The position numbers and the translations under genes are program-made. Positions 9,303-19,564 of a stretch of 64,000 bases of DNA are shown in pieces; the stretch's first letter is position 1; each line of letters starts with the position of its first letter. The notes below the pieces were generated by a model that saw nothing but the letters and a program-made list of their open reading frames with translations, was not told where the DNA came from and made no database searches. The stretch comes from a virus (taxonomy: Duplodnaviria; Caudoviricetes): positions 46,562 through 110,561 of IMG/VR virus record IMGVR_UViG_2563367173_000002; one strand, given 5' to 3'.

Positions 9303-10191
9303 ACTTCTCCTTTTTCTCAAAAATCAGCTTATCCATATTAAATCCAGCAGCTCCCTTATGACCTCCACCACCATATTTCTTTGCAATGTTAGAAACATCC
9401 ACAGTTTTTGAATACATACTATATGTCCATGTACCATTCCTTCCATTGAATGAAAATGGCATTAAAATATCATATGAATTGTCATCCACAGATTTAAACC
9501 AATCACTACCAGCAAGTCCAACATTCATTGCATACACTTTATATCCCTCAAATTCTGTTTCAAAACCTTTGGACTCGCAGTATTCTTTTGCAAAACTATC
9601 ACGATACTTGATGATTACTTTTCTTTCTTCAATATATTTATTCTCTGCATCATCATCTAAAAGGTTATACCAAATCTCGTTATCTGGGCTTTTATCGTAT
9701 GCATCAAATCCCATATGAAAATATCTTGTATCATCACCATATTCAAAAGCCCATACATCATAATCAGCGATATATTTTGTAAACATAGGTGCATCTTTTG
9801 TCATAGAAATATTAAATTTTTTCGGATTGCCACCTCCTCTTTCAGTCATATGATGTAACCAACAATATGTAAGCATACAACCGGCTATCCCGTCATATCT
9901 AATTCCACGAATAGGAATTTCAAAATCCGTATATCTTTCTATTGCTGATTTATGATGATCAATCCAGGTTACATCTTTTGTTATTTCTAACAGTTTTCTC
10001 ATTTCGTCTGGCATAATTGAATAGTCAACAATATATACCTGCTCATTAGGATTTATCTTGTCAAAAGAAAATTCCATTCCATAATTGATAGGAATAAATT
10101 CTGACTCATATCCATCATATACTCCTGCACTTAAATACACCCAAGATGCAGCACATTTCCCATCATCATCTACATGATAAAAACATTTCAA
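9286..10191 (-). CDS. DHH/DHHA1 phosphoesterase (nanoRNase-like)
   Basis: HxDxDG, VD, IDHH, D-D-W, GGGGHKGAAG. Confidence 0.85.
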   Translation of the reverse strand: MKCFYHVDDDGKCAASWVYLSAGVYDGYESEFIPINYGMEFSFDKINPNEQVYIVDYSIMPDEMRKLLEITKDVTWIDHHKSAIERYTDFEIPIRGIRYDGIAGCMLTYCWLHHMTERGGGNPKKFNISMTKDAPMFTKYIADYDVWAFEYGDDTRYFHMGFDAYDKSPDNEIWYNLLDDDAENKYIEERKVIIKYRDSFAKEYCESKGFETEFEGYKVYAMNVGLAGSDWFKSVDDNSYDILMPFSFNGRNGTWTYSMYSKTVDVSNIAKKYGGGGHKGAAGFNMDKLIFEKKEKYEETD

Positions 10192-10206
10192 ATTATCAAA
10201 CCCTCC

Positions 10207-11574
10207 TTAAAATTTTATCCAACCATCTCTAACACCTGTCATCCAATAAACCAAATCATCTTTATTATTTTCTAATTCTCCATCTATAACACGTTTCAGT
10301 ATCTCATTTAACCAATACCCAATATCTTTACCTTCTTTGAGTTTCATCACCTCTTTTACATCGTTACCATTAACCGCTAAATCCTTTAATGAGAAACAAG
10401 ATTTCTCAGATAATATTTCTTCAAGAATATTTTCTATATTATTTATTTTCTCTATCCGAGATTCTTCATAATCCGGTTTTTGTCCTTTAATATCCGCTTT
10501 CCTGACTTCTAACAACCACCTAAACTGCTTTTCACCGATTTTATTAAGCCATCTCTTAACGTACTTATTTCCTACCTCAAAAGTCGCATCATGATAATAA
10601 ACAAGTTCTACTACATTATTTCTCGTTTCATTATCAAACCTAAGACGTTTCATAATAGAGTCTGTAATTTCAGCACTTACCTTTCCGTGACCTTTAAAAT
10701 GTCTAATACCATCTTCTCCATCTTGGTAGGAATATGGTTTGCCGAAATCATGAAAGAAAACAGCAAGTCTAACCACTAAATCATCAGACTCACATTTCTC
10801 TATTGCATGGACTGTATGATCAAATACATCATATGCATGATATGGATTATTTTGTTGGAAACCTATCAAGTCTTTTAATTCTGGGATAAATAAGGAAAAT
10901 ACGTTTGGATATAAAACTAATTCAACACAGAATTGTTCAGAAGCAACTATTTTACAAAATTCACTATTAATTCTCTCAATTGAGATGTTCTTTAGTCTGT
11001 CATATTGTCGTTCTATTTCAAACATTGTTTCTGGGAGTCCTGCAAAACCTAGTTGTGCTTCAAATCTTATTGCTCTCAATATCCTCAAAGCGTCTTCGTT
11101 GAACCTGTCTTCTGCGGAGCCAACGCATCGAATCTTTTTATATTTGATATCCTCCATGCCATTAAACGGATCAATTAAACCAGTTTTAGGATTGTATGCC
11201 ATAGCATTAATCGTAAAATCTCTTCTCCGTAAATCTTCAACCAGATTCTTTGTAAATGTTACATTGTCAGGTCTACGATTATCAGAATAATCTCCATCAA
11301 TCCGATAAGTTGTAACTTCAAATGGTTCTTTATTTATCAGAATCGTTACTGTACCGTGTTGCAAACCAGTAGGAATAATTTCTTCATCAGGAAACGCTTT
11401 TAATATCTCATCTGGTGTGGCAGATGTGCAAATATCATAGTCGTGAGGTTTTCTTCCCAATACGCTATCTCTTACACATCCACCCACCATATATACTTCA
11501 TGTCCGCATTTCTCTAATTCCTGTATGATGTAATTTACTGGTGCCGGAACTTCTACATTAATTCTTTTCATCAA
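10207..11574 (-). CDS. cca: CCA tRNA nucleotidyltransferase with HD domain
   Basis: VGGCVRD, DYD, EVTT, RRDFTINA, EDALRILRA, ERI, HDFGK. Confidence 0.9.
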   Translation of the reverse strand: MMKRINVEVPAPVNYIIQELEKCGHEVYMVGGCVRDSVLGRKPHDYDICTSATPDEILKAFPDEEIIPTGLQHGTVTILINKEPFEVTTYRIDGDYSDNRRPDNVTFTKNLVEDLRRRDFTINAMAYNPKTGLIDPFNGMEDIKYKKIRCVGSAEDRFNEDALRILRAIRFEAQLGFAGLPETMFEIERQYDRLKNISIERINSEFCKIVASEQFCVELVLYPNVFSLFIPELKDLIGFQQNNPYHAYDVFDHTVHAIEKCESDDLVVRLAVFFHDFGKPYSYQDGEDGIRHFKGHGKVSAEITDSIMKRLRFDNETRNNVVELVYYHDATFEVGNKYVKRWLNKIGEKQFRWLLEVRKADIKGQKPDYEESRIEKINNIENILEEILSEKSCFSLKDLAVNGNDVKEVMKLKEGKDIGYWLNEILKRVIDGELENNKDDLVYWMTGVRDGWIKF

Positions 11575-12514
11575 TATTTACCTCAATTTGTGGAGTTTCA
11601 ATAAACTTAGCCAATAATCCTTCGTGGTAAAAAATTTTGTCATTTTCAGTAACATCTTCTCCAAGAAACTTTCTTAAAACAAATGGTAACGCATAATTAT
11701 CTAAACATTTAAACTCTATCTCTGTATTATCATTCTCATCAATAATTTCTTTATAATATCCATCTGTCTTAACAATTTTATGAAGTATAAACAATTCTGT
11801 TTTTAACGGAACAGGCATATCTTTCATACCATTGCGAATTGCAAACACGATTCTTTCTTGCTTATTTTTGTCCATATCAGACACATCAACCACAATTTCA
11901 TCATTGGAAAAGAATACAACACGATCCATTGAAATAAACACTTCTGTTAAATATGTCAATGCACCATCCATAAGGTATTTTTCGTATGTGATATGTCTCT
12001 TAGGATTACAATTACCCAAAATAACCTGACGAATATATTTACTATTGATTATGTGCTGATTACCTGTATATCTCCCAATAAACTCTTCCCAAGATTCTGC
12101 TCCACCAAAAATATCTGAATTGTAATGATGTAAAGAAGAAAAATTAGCTTTTCTCATATCAATGCTGATAAAACATTTACCATCATTTGAAGACTTAAAT
12201 ATATCTTTATTTGGAAGATTTTTATGTGTAACAGCATACTTGTTCATATCCTCTTCATTAAACTTATGATATGCTTCTGTATTTTTAATATCCAAAATAG
12301 CAGCATCTTTTACACGATTATATTCTTCAAAATAATCCTGTTCACAATTATATTTGGATAGTTCGCTTAAAAAGATATCCCACTTTTCAAGTGTCCCATA
12401 AAACTTATCATATAGTGCCAATATATCAGTAAAATATGGTTCCTGGAATATCCTGATTGGAATATTACAATCTTTACAGAACCTCTCTTTTGCTCTTGTA
12501 GATACTTCCATCAT
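11558..12514 (-). CDS. hypothetical protein with polymerase-palm-like motifs
   Basis: FISIDMRKANF, SKYIRQVILG and SNDEIVV resemble family A/B motifs A, B and C. Confidence 0.45.
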   Translation of the reverse strand: MMEVSTRAKERFCKDCNIPIRIFQEPYFTDILALYDKFYGTLEKWDIFLSELSKYNCEQDYFEEYNRVKDAAILDIKNTEAYHKFNEEDMNKYAVTHKNLPNKDIFKSSNDGKCFISIDMRKANFSSLHHYNSDIFGGAESWEEFIGRYTGNQHIINSKYIRQVILGNCNPKRHITYEKYLMDGALTYLTEVFISMDRVVFFSNDEIVVDVSDMDKNKQERIVFAIRNGMKDMPVPLKTELFILHKIVKTDGYYKEIIDENDNTEIEFKCLDNYALPFVLRKFLGEDVTENDKIFYHEGLLAKFIETPQIEVNIDEKN

Positions 12515-13539
12515 ACCTCTCCCTTCACAATTCTCTCATTCACATACATCTTAAATTCATTAATTCTTTTATGATCTGGCACATTAGGAAGAGATGTATT
12601 GTTTTTAGCATAATCAAATCTCTTCTCATATTCATTCAACAAATCATAAAATTCAGTAATCGGTTGTTTATTTTCATCTAAAAACTCACCGTTGCGAATA
12701 CTCATAAGTAAGTCATGTTCATCCGTCCTATATGTGATGATTTCTTCTTTTTCAAGAATATCAATACACATCATATAAAGACGAATCAAGTGAGCCATAT
12801 GCTTCCCCAACTTGTCATGACTGATCGCTTTCTCGTTTCGTTTGTCAATTTTGTTATAACTGCTTACAATCGCCTTCATTTCATTCCACATACCAGTCCA
12901 ATCTCTCAAAGGATAATGTTTCAAACATACGTCCATAAAAATCTCGCTATCATATCCTTCTTGGACTGCTGTATCAATATATAACTTTACATCACTCTCA
13001 TCATGTGGATAATATCTGTTTTTGAAATCATATTTTGCGTTATTGATACTTTTTAAAATATACGCTTCGTTCTGTGCCTGACCAACTAATCTTGCGGCTT
13101 TATTTTCCATCCTACGGAGTTGGCTACCGGCATATCCACCAAATGTATGAATACAGATTTTAGATAGAAACATTTTTCTATTTTCCAAAAGTTCTCTTCC
13201 AACACTTGATAAATGTAGATAATGTTCTGGCTTGCAGCCCAAAATTTCCACTGTGTTAGGATTGTTGGATGTAAGTAATTGAATCATTTTATTAAATGAA
13301 TATATCGTAGTGTCAGTATCTGCATTCACGACCTGCTCAAAATCTGTTCCTAACAGAATGTCTTTCTTAGAATTTAAGGCGATACCTCGCACATCTAAGT
13401 CAGATCCTTCTTTATCCATTCCATAAGCGTGACTTCCTCCAAGAGTTAAGAGAATGATGTTATCACCTAAATTCTTATCTTTTCTCAGGAAGTCATATTC
13501 ACTTGTTTTCAATTTCTCTTTAATCTGTTCAATATTCAT
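12511..13539 (-). CDS. Pol-beta superfamily nucleotidyltransferase (RlaP/YcgL-like)
   Basis: GSHAYG...SDLDVRG, NPNTVE, KHMAHLIRL. Confidence 0.8.
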   Translation of the reverse strand: MNIEQIKEKLKTSEYDFLRKDKNLGDNIILLTLGGSHAYGMDKEGSDLDVRGIALNSKKDILLGTDFEQVVNADTDTTIYSFNKMIQLLTSNNPNTVEILGCKPEHYLHLSSVGRELLENRKMFLSKICIHTFGGYAGSQLRRMENKAARLVGQAQNEAYILKSINNAKYDFKNRYYPHDESDVKLYIDTAVQEGYDSEIFMDVCLKHYPLRDWTGMWNEMKAIVSSYNKIDKRNEKAISHDKLGKHMAHLIRLYMMCIDILEKEEIITYRTDEHDLLMSIRNGEFLDENKQPITEFYDLLNEYEKRFDYAKNNTSLPNVPDHKRINEFKMYVNERIVKGEV

Positions 13540-13556
13540 TCTCTCAATCCTCTCTT

Positions 13557-13916
13557 CTATCTACATTCTTCAAATACAATAATCTTAAACACAGGTTTAA
13601 AATGTGGATTTTTTGTAATCACTCCCAGTTCTTGAAGTTTTACCAATTCTGCTTTCACCTTACCAAAACATTTTTCAATATCAGACACATCAAACATTTC
13701 TGTATCAAAACTATACTCATTACCAGAAGCCAAAACATATCCAAAATATAAATGTGAACCACTCATCTGATCATCGAAAAATTGAATCTCGCCTTTGCAC
13801 TGGTTGCAAATATAATCTTCTCCTTCATCTGACCACTTCCAATCTTTAAATTTATCTGTTTCGTTGCCAGTCAAATCATAACCAGCTATTACATAATAAT
13901 TACTTTCCATGCTCAT
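13557..13916 (-). CDS. hypothetical protein
   Basis: ORF with AGGAGG RBS before MSMESN. Confidence 0.55.
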   Translation of the reverse strand: MSMESNYYVIAGYDLTGNETDKFKDWKWSDEGEDYICNQCKGEIQFFDDQMSGSHLYFGYVLASGNEYSFDTEMFDVSDIEKCFGKVKAELVKLQELGVITKNPHFKPVFKIIVFEECR

Positions 13917-13956
13917 AACTTCTTTTTCTCCTCCTATGAAATGCAAGTTTTAAGAC

Positions 13957-14295
13957 TCAATATGCTCTATCATCAATAGATTCTATAGATTTAATTTCAT
14001 CAAGTATAGAACTTCCTATAATGTATAGTTTTTTAGAAACTATCTTGCTAATTCTACTTATAAAATCCTCCCAACGCTCATACTTTTCTAACCATACTGT
14101 CATACTTACATTTCCATTTATATGTTGACATGCATATGTTCCTTTTGTATATTCTTCTCCATAATAGTAGAAATATAGTTCATATTTATGTAAATGCTTA
14201 CTAATAAACCAAGGAACAAGCGAAGCGATTGTCACATATTTATTCCCAATTTTAATTTGGAAATCAGTGTTACTTCCATTTTTTACAGTTTTCAA
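13957..14295 (-). CDS. hypothetical protein
   Basis: 112-aa ORF in operon. Confidence 0.5.
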   Translation of the reverse strand: MKTVKNGSNTDFQIKIGNKYVTIASLVPWFISKHLHKYELYFYYYGEEYTKGTYACQHINGNVSMTVWLEKYERWEDFISRISKIVSKKLYIIGSSILDEIKSIESIDDRAY

Positions 14296-14315
14296 TCGTC
14301 TATATCCTCTACAAT

Positions 14316-14801
14316 TTATGGCACAATCCTAATAATCTCTTTTCCACATTTCCCAGCATATCTTACACAATTACCAGTACCACCCTTAGAACCGTCCCAC
14401 ACAGCAATCACTTTATCAGCCAAATCAACCATATATTCATTTCTCTTTTGCATCAGCCAGGGTTTATATTCTTCATCTGACACAAGTTTTACTGTGTCTG
14501 CTTTTGATAAAATATCATTATATAAATCAACACTTTCCTTAATCCATTTACATGAATGATTTTTACATGGGATTGCACAGTGAAGTTTTATATCATACCA
14601 CTCTTCTTTTAATTCCAGAACTGCCAACGCAAATACTGTATCCACTCCTAATGCCATACCTGTAATTGCTTCATCACAGATATTTTCTACAAGTAATTCT
14701 TTGAATTTATTTTTTAATTCCGACCATTGCCTATTATAAATATCATAACCATACATTTTATTTGGTCTATGACCAGTAACACATATTTTCATAGATCGCA
14801 C
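14316..14801 (-). CDS. SLOG/YspA-like (DUF1273) nucleotide-binding protein
   Basis: VTGHRP, GMALGVD, RNEYMVD, WDGSKGGT. Confidence 0.85.
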   Translation of the reverse strand: MRSMKICVTGHRPNKMYGYDIYNRQWSELKNKFKELLVENICDEAITGMALGVDTVFALAVLELKEEWYDIKLHCAIPCKNHSCKWIKESVDLYNDILSKADTVKLVSDEEYKPWLMQKRNEYMVDLADKVIAVWDGSKGGTGNCVRYAGKCGKEIIRIVP

Positions 14802-14823
14802 CCCCTTTCTTGAAACGTGGGTT

Positions 14824-16623
14824 TTAAGACTTTTTCACTACAACCAACGAATCCTTCTGAACTGTTGTAATTGCATTTGATAATTCATCATTTCTTACTT
14901 CTATCTGTTGCTCGGTTTTACCCTCTGAATTATATCTACCACGCATAGCAGCACCAACAGCATATAAATAACTAAAACCACCTGCATTACCTACTGGCTG
15001 TGACAACAGAGCCATTGCAATCGCATCTGCATCATACACCCTATTTCCTTGTCTAAATTGCTTACCAAAATTTATTTCTCCAATCCCACCAACTAATATC
15101 GGTTTATGATTACCACAAACAGAATCTAGTCCGCTTGTGGGATTGATAAAATTTATCATTTTCTCATCTATGCAAATATATGTATCATCATACTGAGCCT
15201 TATACAAATGCTCAATTAATAGTGAAATTGCTGTTGTTACAATTGAATTTCCTGATTGTTTATACCCTTGGGTATCAGACATTCCAACTGCTTTACATCT
15301 CTCAAAATCTTCATCATCAAATCCCATAAGTCTATGAGCTTCTTTAGGTGTAAGCTTTCTTACAATTCTAAGATTATCTCTTTCAACTTTTGGCTCAGTA
15401 TTACCACCACCACAAGTATGCATCGCAGGAGCAATACCATCTTCACTATATATTCCCCGTGACTGTTCATGCATCCTTTGGAATTTCTCACTGCACAAAT
15501 CAGCAATATGTATCGGCTCATTTGTTGTGTCCAATATCTGTTTAGGTTGCTTATAATCAGTAGCAAGTAATGCGTCCATAATTGAATCTTTTTGATATAC
15601 TAAATCTCTTTGCCCGATAGTCCTAAATTCTGGTTTTGTTGTATCAACAATATTTTTTTCAAATTTCGGATCGGTAATTTGTAGTCTTCTTTGCACTTCA
15701 TCCGACAAAAAATATTTATCTAAAACTTCGTCATCCGTTTCTAATAAATCTTTTAATCGAATTCCATTATCAAATGGTTGAGGGAATTTAAACTGTTCTG
15801 TATCAATTTCTTTAAGAATGGAAACGCAGAAAATTCTATTTCGGTTCTGTGGTATGCCTGTGTTTTTTGCATTGATTGTTTGAAAATATGAGTTATATCC
15901 CAAGTTGTCCAATCTATCAATCCAATCATTAAAACTATCAATATATTTTTTAGACACAAGAGCATCTACATTTTCCATAAGTAAATATTTTGGCAAATTA
16001 TTGTTTTCATTTGCCTTTACAAGCAGTCTTTCTACTTCATACAACAACCCTGAACGAGTTGACTTAATATTATTACTTCCGCAACAAGGACATTTATATC
16101 TTGTATCAACATTTAATTTTGATGGGTCATATTCCATACCACAATCTTGACAAGTCCACTTTAACCCTTCCTGTTTTCCTGCAATCGATAAATCAGTACA
16201 CGGCGTTGAATATGTAAGCATATCACAATCCGACAGTTCTTTAATCTGCATTATATCTCCCAAATTATGTGAAATATGATCAGCCAACCAGTATTTTTCT
16301 ATGCCTTTCGTTTTGTCTTTCTTTTTTGATAACTTTTCCCAATCATATGGTTCATCTTTTTTAAAATCAAATCCTAATCTTTTCTTAGATAACTCATTCA
16401 CCATTTCATCCTTGGAAGGATAATTACCATATTCATTAATCATTTCATTAGTTAATCCACAATGAATAGCAGCATAACTAACAATAACCTCTTTATCTAA
16501 ATCTGCTGTTGCGACAACCTCTGCGTCAAACAGATTTGTATTATTAATTCCTTTTATCTGTGCACCAATTCCACTACACAACTCAATAACTTTTAAACTA
16601 AATCTTTTATTATTACTTTCCAA
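14824..16623 (-). CDS. C5-cytosine DNA methyltransferase with Zn-ribbon insert and extra TRD-like C-terminal repeats
   Basis: ELCSGIG, TPCTDLS, CxxC...CPCC insert, ENV, QNRNR, RKLTP, GNS. Confidence 0.9.
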   Translation of the reverse strand: MESNNKRFSLKVIELCSGIGAQIKGINNTNLFDAEVVATADLDKEVIVSYAAIHCGLTNEMINEYGNYPSKDEMVNELSKKRLGFDFKKDEPYDWEKLSKKKDKTKGIEKYWLADHISHNLGDIMQIKELSDCDMLTYSTPCTDLSIAGKQEGLKWTCQDCGMEYDPSKLNVDTRYKCPCCGSNNIKSTRSGLLYEVERLLVKANENNNLPKYLLMENVDALVSKKYIDSFNDWIDRLDNLGYNSYFQTINAKNTGIPQNRNRIFCVSILKEIDTEQFKFPQPFDNGIRLKDLLETDDEVLDKYFLSDEVQRRLQITDPKFEKNIVDTTKPEFRTIGQRDLVYQKDSIMDALLATDYKQPKQILDTTNEPIHIADLCSEKFQRMHEQSRGIYSEDGIAPAMHTCGGGNTEPKVERDNLRIVRKLTPKEAHRLMGFDDEDFERCKAVGMSDTQGYKQSGNSIVTTAISLLIEHLYKAQYDDTYICIDEKMINFINPTSGLDSVCGNHKPILVGGIGEINFGKQFRQGNRVYDADAIAMALLSQPVGNAGGFSYLYAVGAAMRGRYNSEGKTEQQIEVRNDELSNAITTVQKDSLVVVKKS

Positions 16624-16962
16624 ATGCCTTATCTACAAGGCGTTGCAACGCTAATTTATCCGGAATTACTTGTTATATCCTTTCTCTAATTTGTTATTTG
16701 TGAATCTTTCGTGGGTTCATGACTCCCTATGAAAGATTTAATTCATCGGATAAAATATCCGTTTATATATCAAAAATTCTGATATAATGGCTGAAAACCA
16801 CAATCACTATCCTATTGTTCTACACTTTAGGAATACTTTTCTTGGAATTACCGACTTGATTAAGTCATTAAGAATTGATATACTTAGATTTGTCAAGACG
16901 GTTATCCGTTTTGTGTTGGATAAGAACTCTGCTCACTCGCCAAAGTTACCAGAGTTCTTATT

Positions 16963-17325
16963 TTATTCTTCTACATAATCAAAATCATGTCCATATAAAA
17001 TATTCTGAATCGCATTTTTATCACGTTCCATAATTGCACAACAAACATTTTTTCTGATTGCATCATCCTTTGAATTTGGTAAATTATCATATTCAGAATC
17101 AATTTTCTTTTCAAGAAATTCGACAAATTCTTTTAGTCTAGCAGTCATATCTTTATTAGATGACTTATTGTACTCTTTCTGACCATGTTCAAATGTCCTA
17201 AGTTCATCTTTTCCTATCCACTTCACCTAGGCTCCGCAATCGTCACAATACAGACCCGTATTATTGCCTTTTATCTCTGTATGTAATGATATACTTCCAC
17301 ATTTTTTACAACAATTTTGATACAC
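16963..17325 (-). pseudogene. Zn-ribbon protein interrupted by an in-frame TAG
   Basis: GTG start MYQNCCKKCGS...YCDDCGA*VKWIGKDE; TAG at 17227-17229 in a continuous frame. Confidence 0.6.
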
Positions 17326-17365
17326 AAATTCACACTCCTTCCAATTACAATGTTTTATTCATTGG

Positions 17366-17689
17366 CTAAATATTGTCTTTAATATACTTCACAATATCAT
17401 CAATGATTTCTTCATCAAATTCTTCAAAATCATCAAGAGACATGGTTCCTTCGGAAAAAGCAGTTTTATGTCTTGTTAAATTATACGCATATGTGTCAGA
17501 TGGGACATCAAAGTAATTCATCAACACATCTTTAAGCCTCTCTGTAAAGAAATTCTCATATTCATATAACTGATTTGCCAATCTAGCAACTATACCATTT
17601 TCATTCTTGGCAACTGTATATTCCGTAAATCCATATCTATCCATGATATCTATCGATCCGTCATTATTTTTACTTAAAATATTTTTCAA
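17366..17689 (-). CDS. hypothetical protein
   Basis: 107-aa ORF with GAGGTG RBS. Confidence 0.55.
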   Translation of the reverse strand: MKNILSKNNDGSIDIMDRYGFTEYTVAKNENGIVARLANQLYEYENFFTERLKDVLMNYFDVPSDTYAYNLTRHKTAFSEGTMSLDDFEEFDEEIIDDIVKYIKDNI

Positions 17690-17727
17690 TTTACCACCTC
17701 ATCTTCACTTGAAACCTTCGTTTTATT

Positions 17728-18003
17728 TCAATTCAATAGTTCAAAAATTTCATTCCAATCTTGATATTCACTTAATTTTTCCTGTGGGATCAAAAGCTTA
17801 TATTCCTTTTCTATTTCTTCTTGTGAGCCATATCCGTTGTTACTAGAACAGCTGCCAATTTCATATTGATTATGTCTTTCAATTTGCTTAAAAACAATGG
17901 TAAAACTACTATTGTCCACAGACTGTCCCATCGGTGTTGCAAAACTATCTATTTGAATAATAGAATTTTTATTCTTGTGTCTGTAAATATCACCTAATTT
18001 CAT
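17728..18003 (-). CDS. hypothetical protein
   Basis: 91-aa ORF with GGAGG RBS. Confidence 0.55.
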   Translation of the reverse strand: MKLGDIYRHKNKNSIIQIDSFATPMGQSVDNSSFTIVFKQIERHNQYEIGSCSSNNGYGSQEEIEKEYKLLIPQEKLSEYQDWNEIFELLN

Positions 18004-18019
18004 ATAAATTTCCTCCAGC

Positions 18020-18478
18020 TCATTTAAGCTTACATACCAAAATTTCTATATCTATATCATCAAATATCATATGAATCTGATCCAACACAACACCCCAGAC
18101 AAATCTATCTAGTCCGGCTCCGATAGTCGGCATAGCAACTTTAGTAATGTTATTCTCTATACATATATCCTTCATTTTTTGTAACGCAATTCTCATAGTA
18201 ATAATCGTTGGCTTCTGAAAATATCTTTCTTTTGTAATTAAATTTAATACTCGACCTTCCAAGATACAATCTCCACCAATTCTATGACGGTTATATGCAT
18301 CTAAGTAATCAGGATATTTAAGCCGCAACTTATTTTTCATATCAAATCTTTCATTAAATTCAACAACGATTCCCTTGCCCATTCCAAAATCAGCACTAAT
18401 ACAATGTGCTAAATAATAATCTTCTGAAACAGAAAATAAATCTTTAATTTCTTCTCTATAAATCATACATTCCTCCAA
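18020..18478 (-). CDS. macrodomain protein (Poa1p/DarG-like ADP-ribose glycohydrolase)
   Basis: DLF, AHCISAD, MGKGI, NLITK, MPTIGAGLD. Confidence 0.85.
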   Translation of the reverse strand: MEECMIYREEIKDLFSVSEDYYLAHCISADFGMGKGIVVEFNERFDMKNKLRLKYPDYLDAYNRHRIGGDCILEGRVLNLITKERYFQKPTIITMRIALQKMKDICIENNITKVAMPTIGAGLDRFVWGVVLDQIHMIFDDIDIEILVCKLK

Positions 18479-18491
18479 TTTAAACAGAATC

Positions 18492-18815
18492 TCATCGTTC
18501 TATTTCTAATCCGAATTCATCATCTATATTAGCAATATCATGTGCTTTTACCTTATATTTCAGTTTATATTTCCCATTGAAATAATCACAAATCTCTTCT
18601 TTGGGAATAATATACTTCACATTTAGAAATCCATTGATATCTTCTCCAAATTTTTGTATATCCTTTCCATAAACACCAACTTTAGATCCACAGGATAAAC
18701 ATATCAATCCAAACCCTTCATCCATTCCTAAGTTGACAACTAAATATGCATTTGTTTGGCTTAAAGGTTTATTTTCTGCTAATAAAATATCTCCTACTCG
18801 TATTTTGTAAAGCAT
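18492..18815 (-). CDS. hypothetical protein, paralogue of 22144..22512
   Basis: YKIRVGDILLAENK...GFGLICLSCGSKVG is shared. Confidence 0.7.
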   Translation of the reverse strand: MLYKIRVGDILLAENKPLSQTNAYLVVNLGMDEGFGLICLSCGSKVGVYGKDIQKFGEDINGFLNVKYIIPKEEICDYFNGKYKLKYKVKAHDIANIDDEFGLEIER

Positions 18816-18841
18816 CTGTCCATCTCCTTGAAACGGAAATT

Positions 18842-19231
18842 TTAATGTGTAGTTATTTCATATAATAATCCATTATACGGTTTTATCTCCCACCCTTGAC
18901 TCCACGCATCAAATATCATTTTATCAACAGGAACACGAATACCAGTTTTCAACTCTGCATAATAGGAGTTATCATCTAAAAATCCATGTTCATTACCAAC
19001 ATACCAACCATCAAGCAATAATTCCTGTAAATGTGGTGAACAACATACGCAACACGCCTCTTTAATATTTCTTTGATCACATCCGCTTTTACAATCTCTT
19101 TCTGCACATTCAGGAATAAAAATTTTAGACAAATTATACGGTGTAATCTTTTCAATTTTATCAATGTCATAAGCAAAAAATGTTATCTCATGATGAGTTT
19201 GCTTTATATGAAATTCCTGATTGATATTCAT
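18842..19231 (-). CDS. hypothetical Cys-rich protein
   Basis: 129-aa ORF with AAGGAG RBS. Confidence 0.55.
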   Translation of the reverse strand: MNINQEFHIKQTHHEITFFAYDIDKIEKITPYNLSKIFIPECAERDCKSGCDQRNIKEACCVCCSPHLQELLLDGWYVGNEHGFLDDNSYYAELKTGIRVPVDKMIFDAWSQGWEIKPYNGLLYEITTH

Positions 19232-19264
19232 ATACTTTCTCCTTCCTTAAAACTCGTGTTTCAA

Positions 19265-19550
19265 CTACTTAACAATATAGTTTTTGTAATTGTTAATATT
19301 TTTCTTTTCTGCCATTTCTACTGACATAACACGAACACACCAATCTACAAATACACAATACTGATTGGGTAATTTATCATGTAGATATTTTCTAATTCTT
19401 TCAGATAATAATGCATGTCCTCTATCAATCACACTGTGAGAATATTCATCTTCGTACTCGTCTTTCTCTTAAATATAATTCGTGAGAAAGTAAACCTGTT
19501 TCTACATCTTTGATAAAAACGTTATACTGATCTTCTACCTCGTAATTCAT
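19265..19550 (-). pseudogene. frameshifted hypothetical gene
   Basis: MNYEVEDQ... after GAGG RBS; the C-terminal half (DEYEDEYSHS...NYIVK*) is in another frame. Confidence 0.45.
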
Positions 19551-19564
19551 AATAAACCTCTCTT

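Noticed and set aside
17227-17229. In-frame TAG suggesting stop-codon reassignment
   Set aside because: Isolated case; many neighbouring genes end normally at TAG, so a nonsense mutation is more likely.
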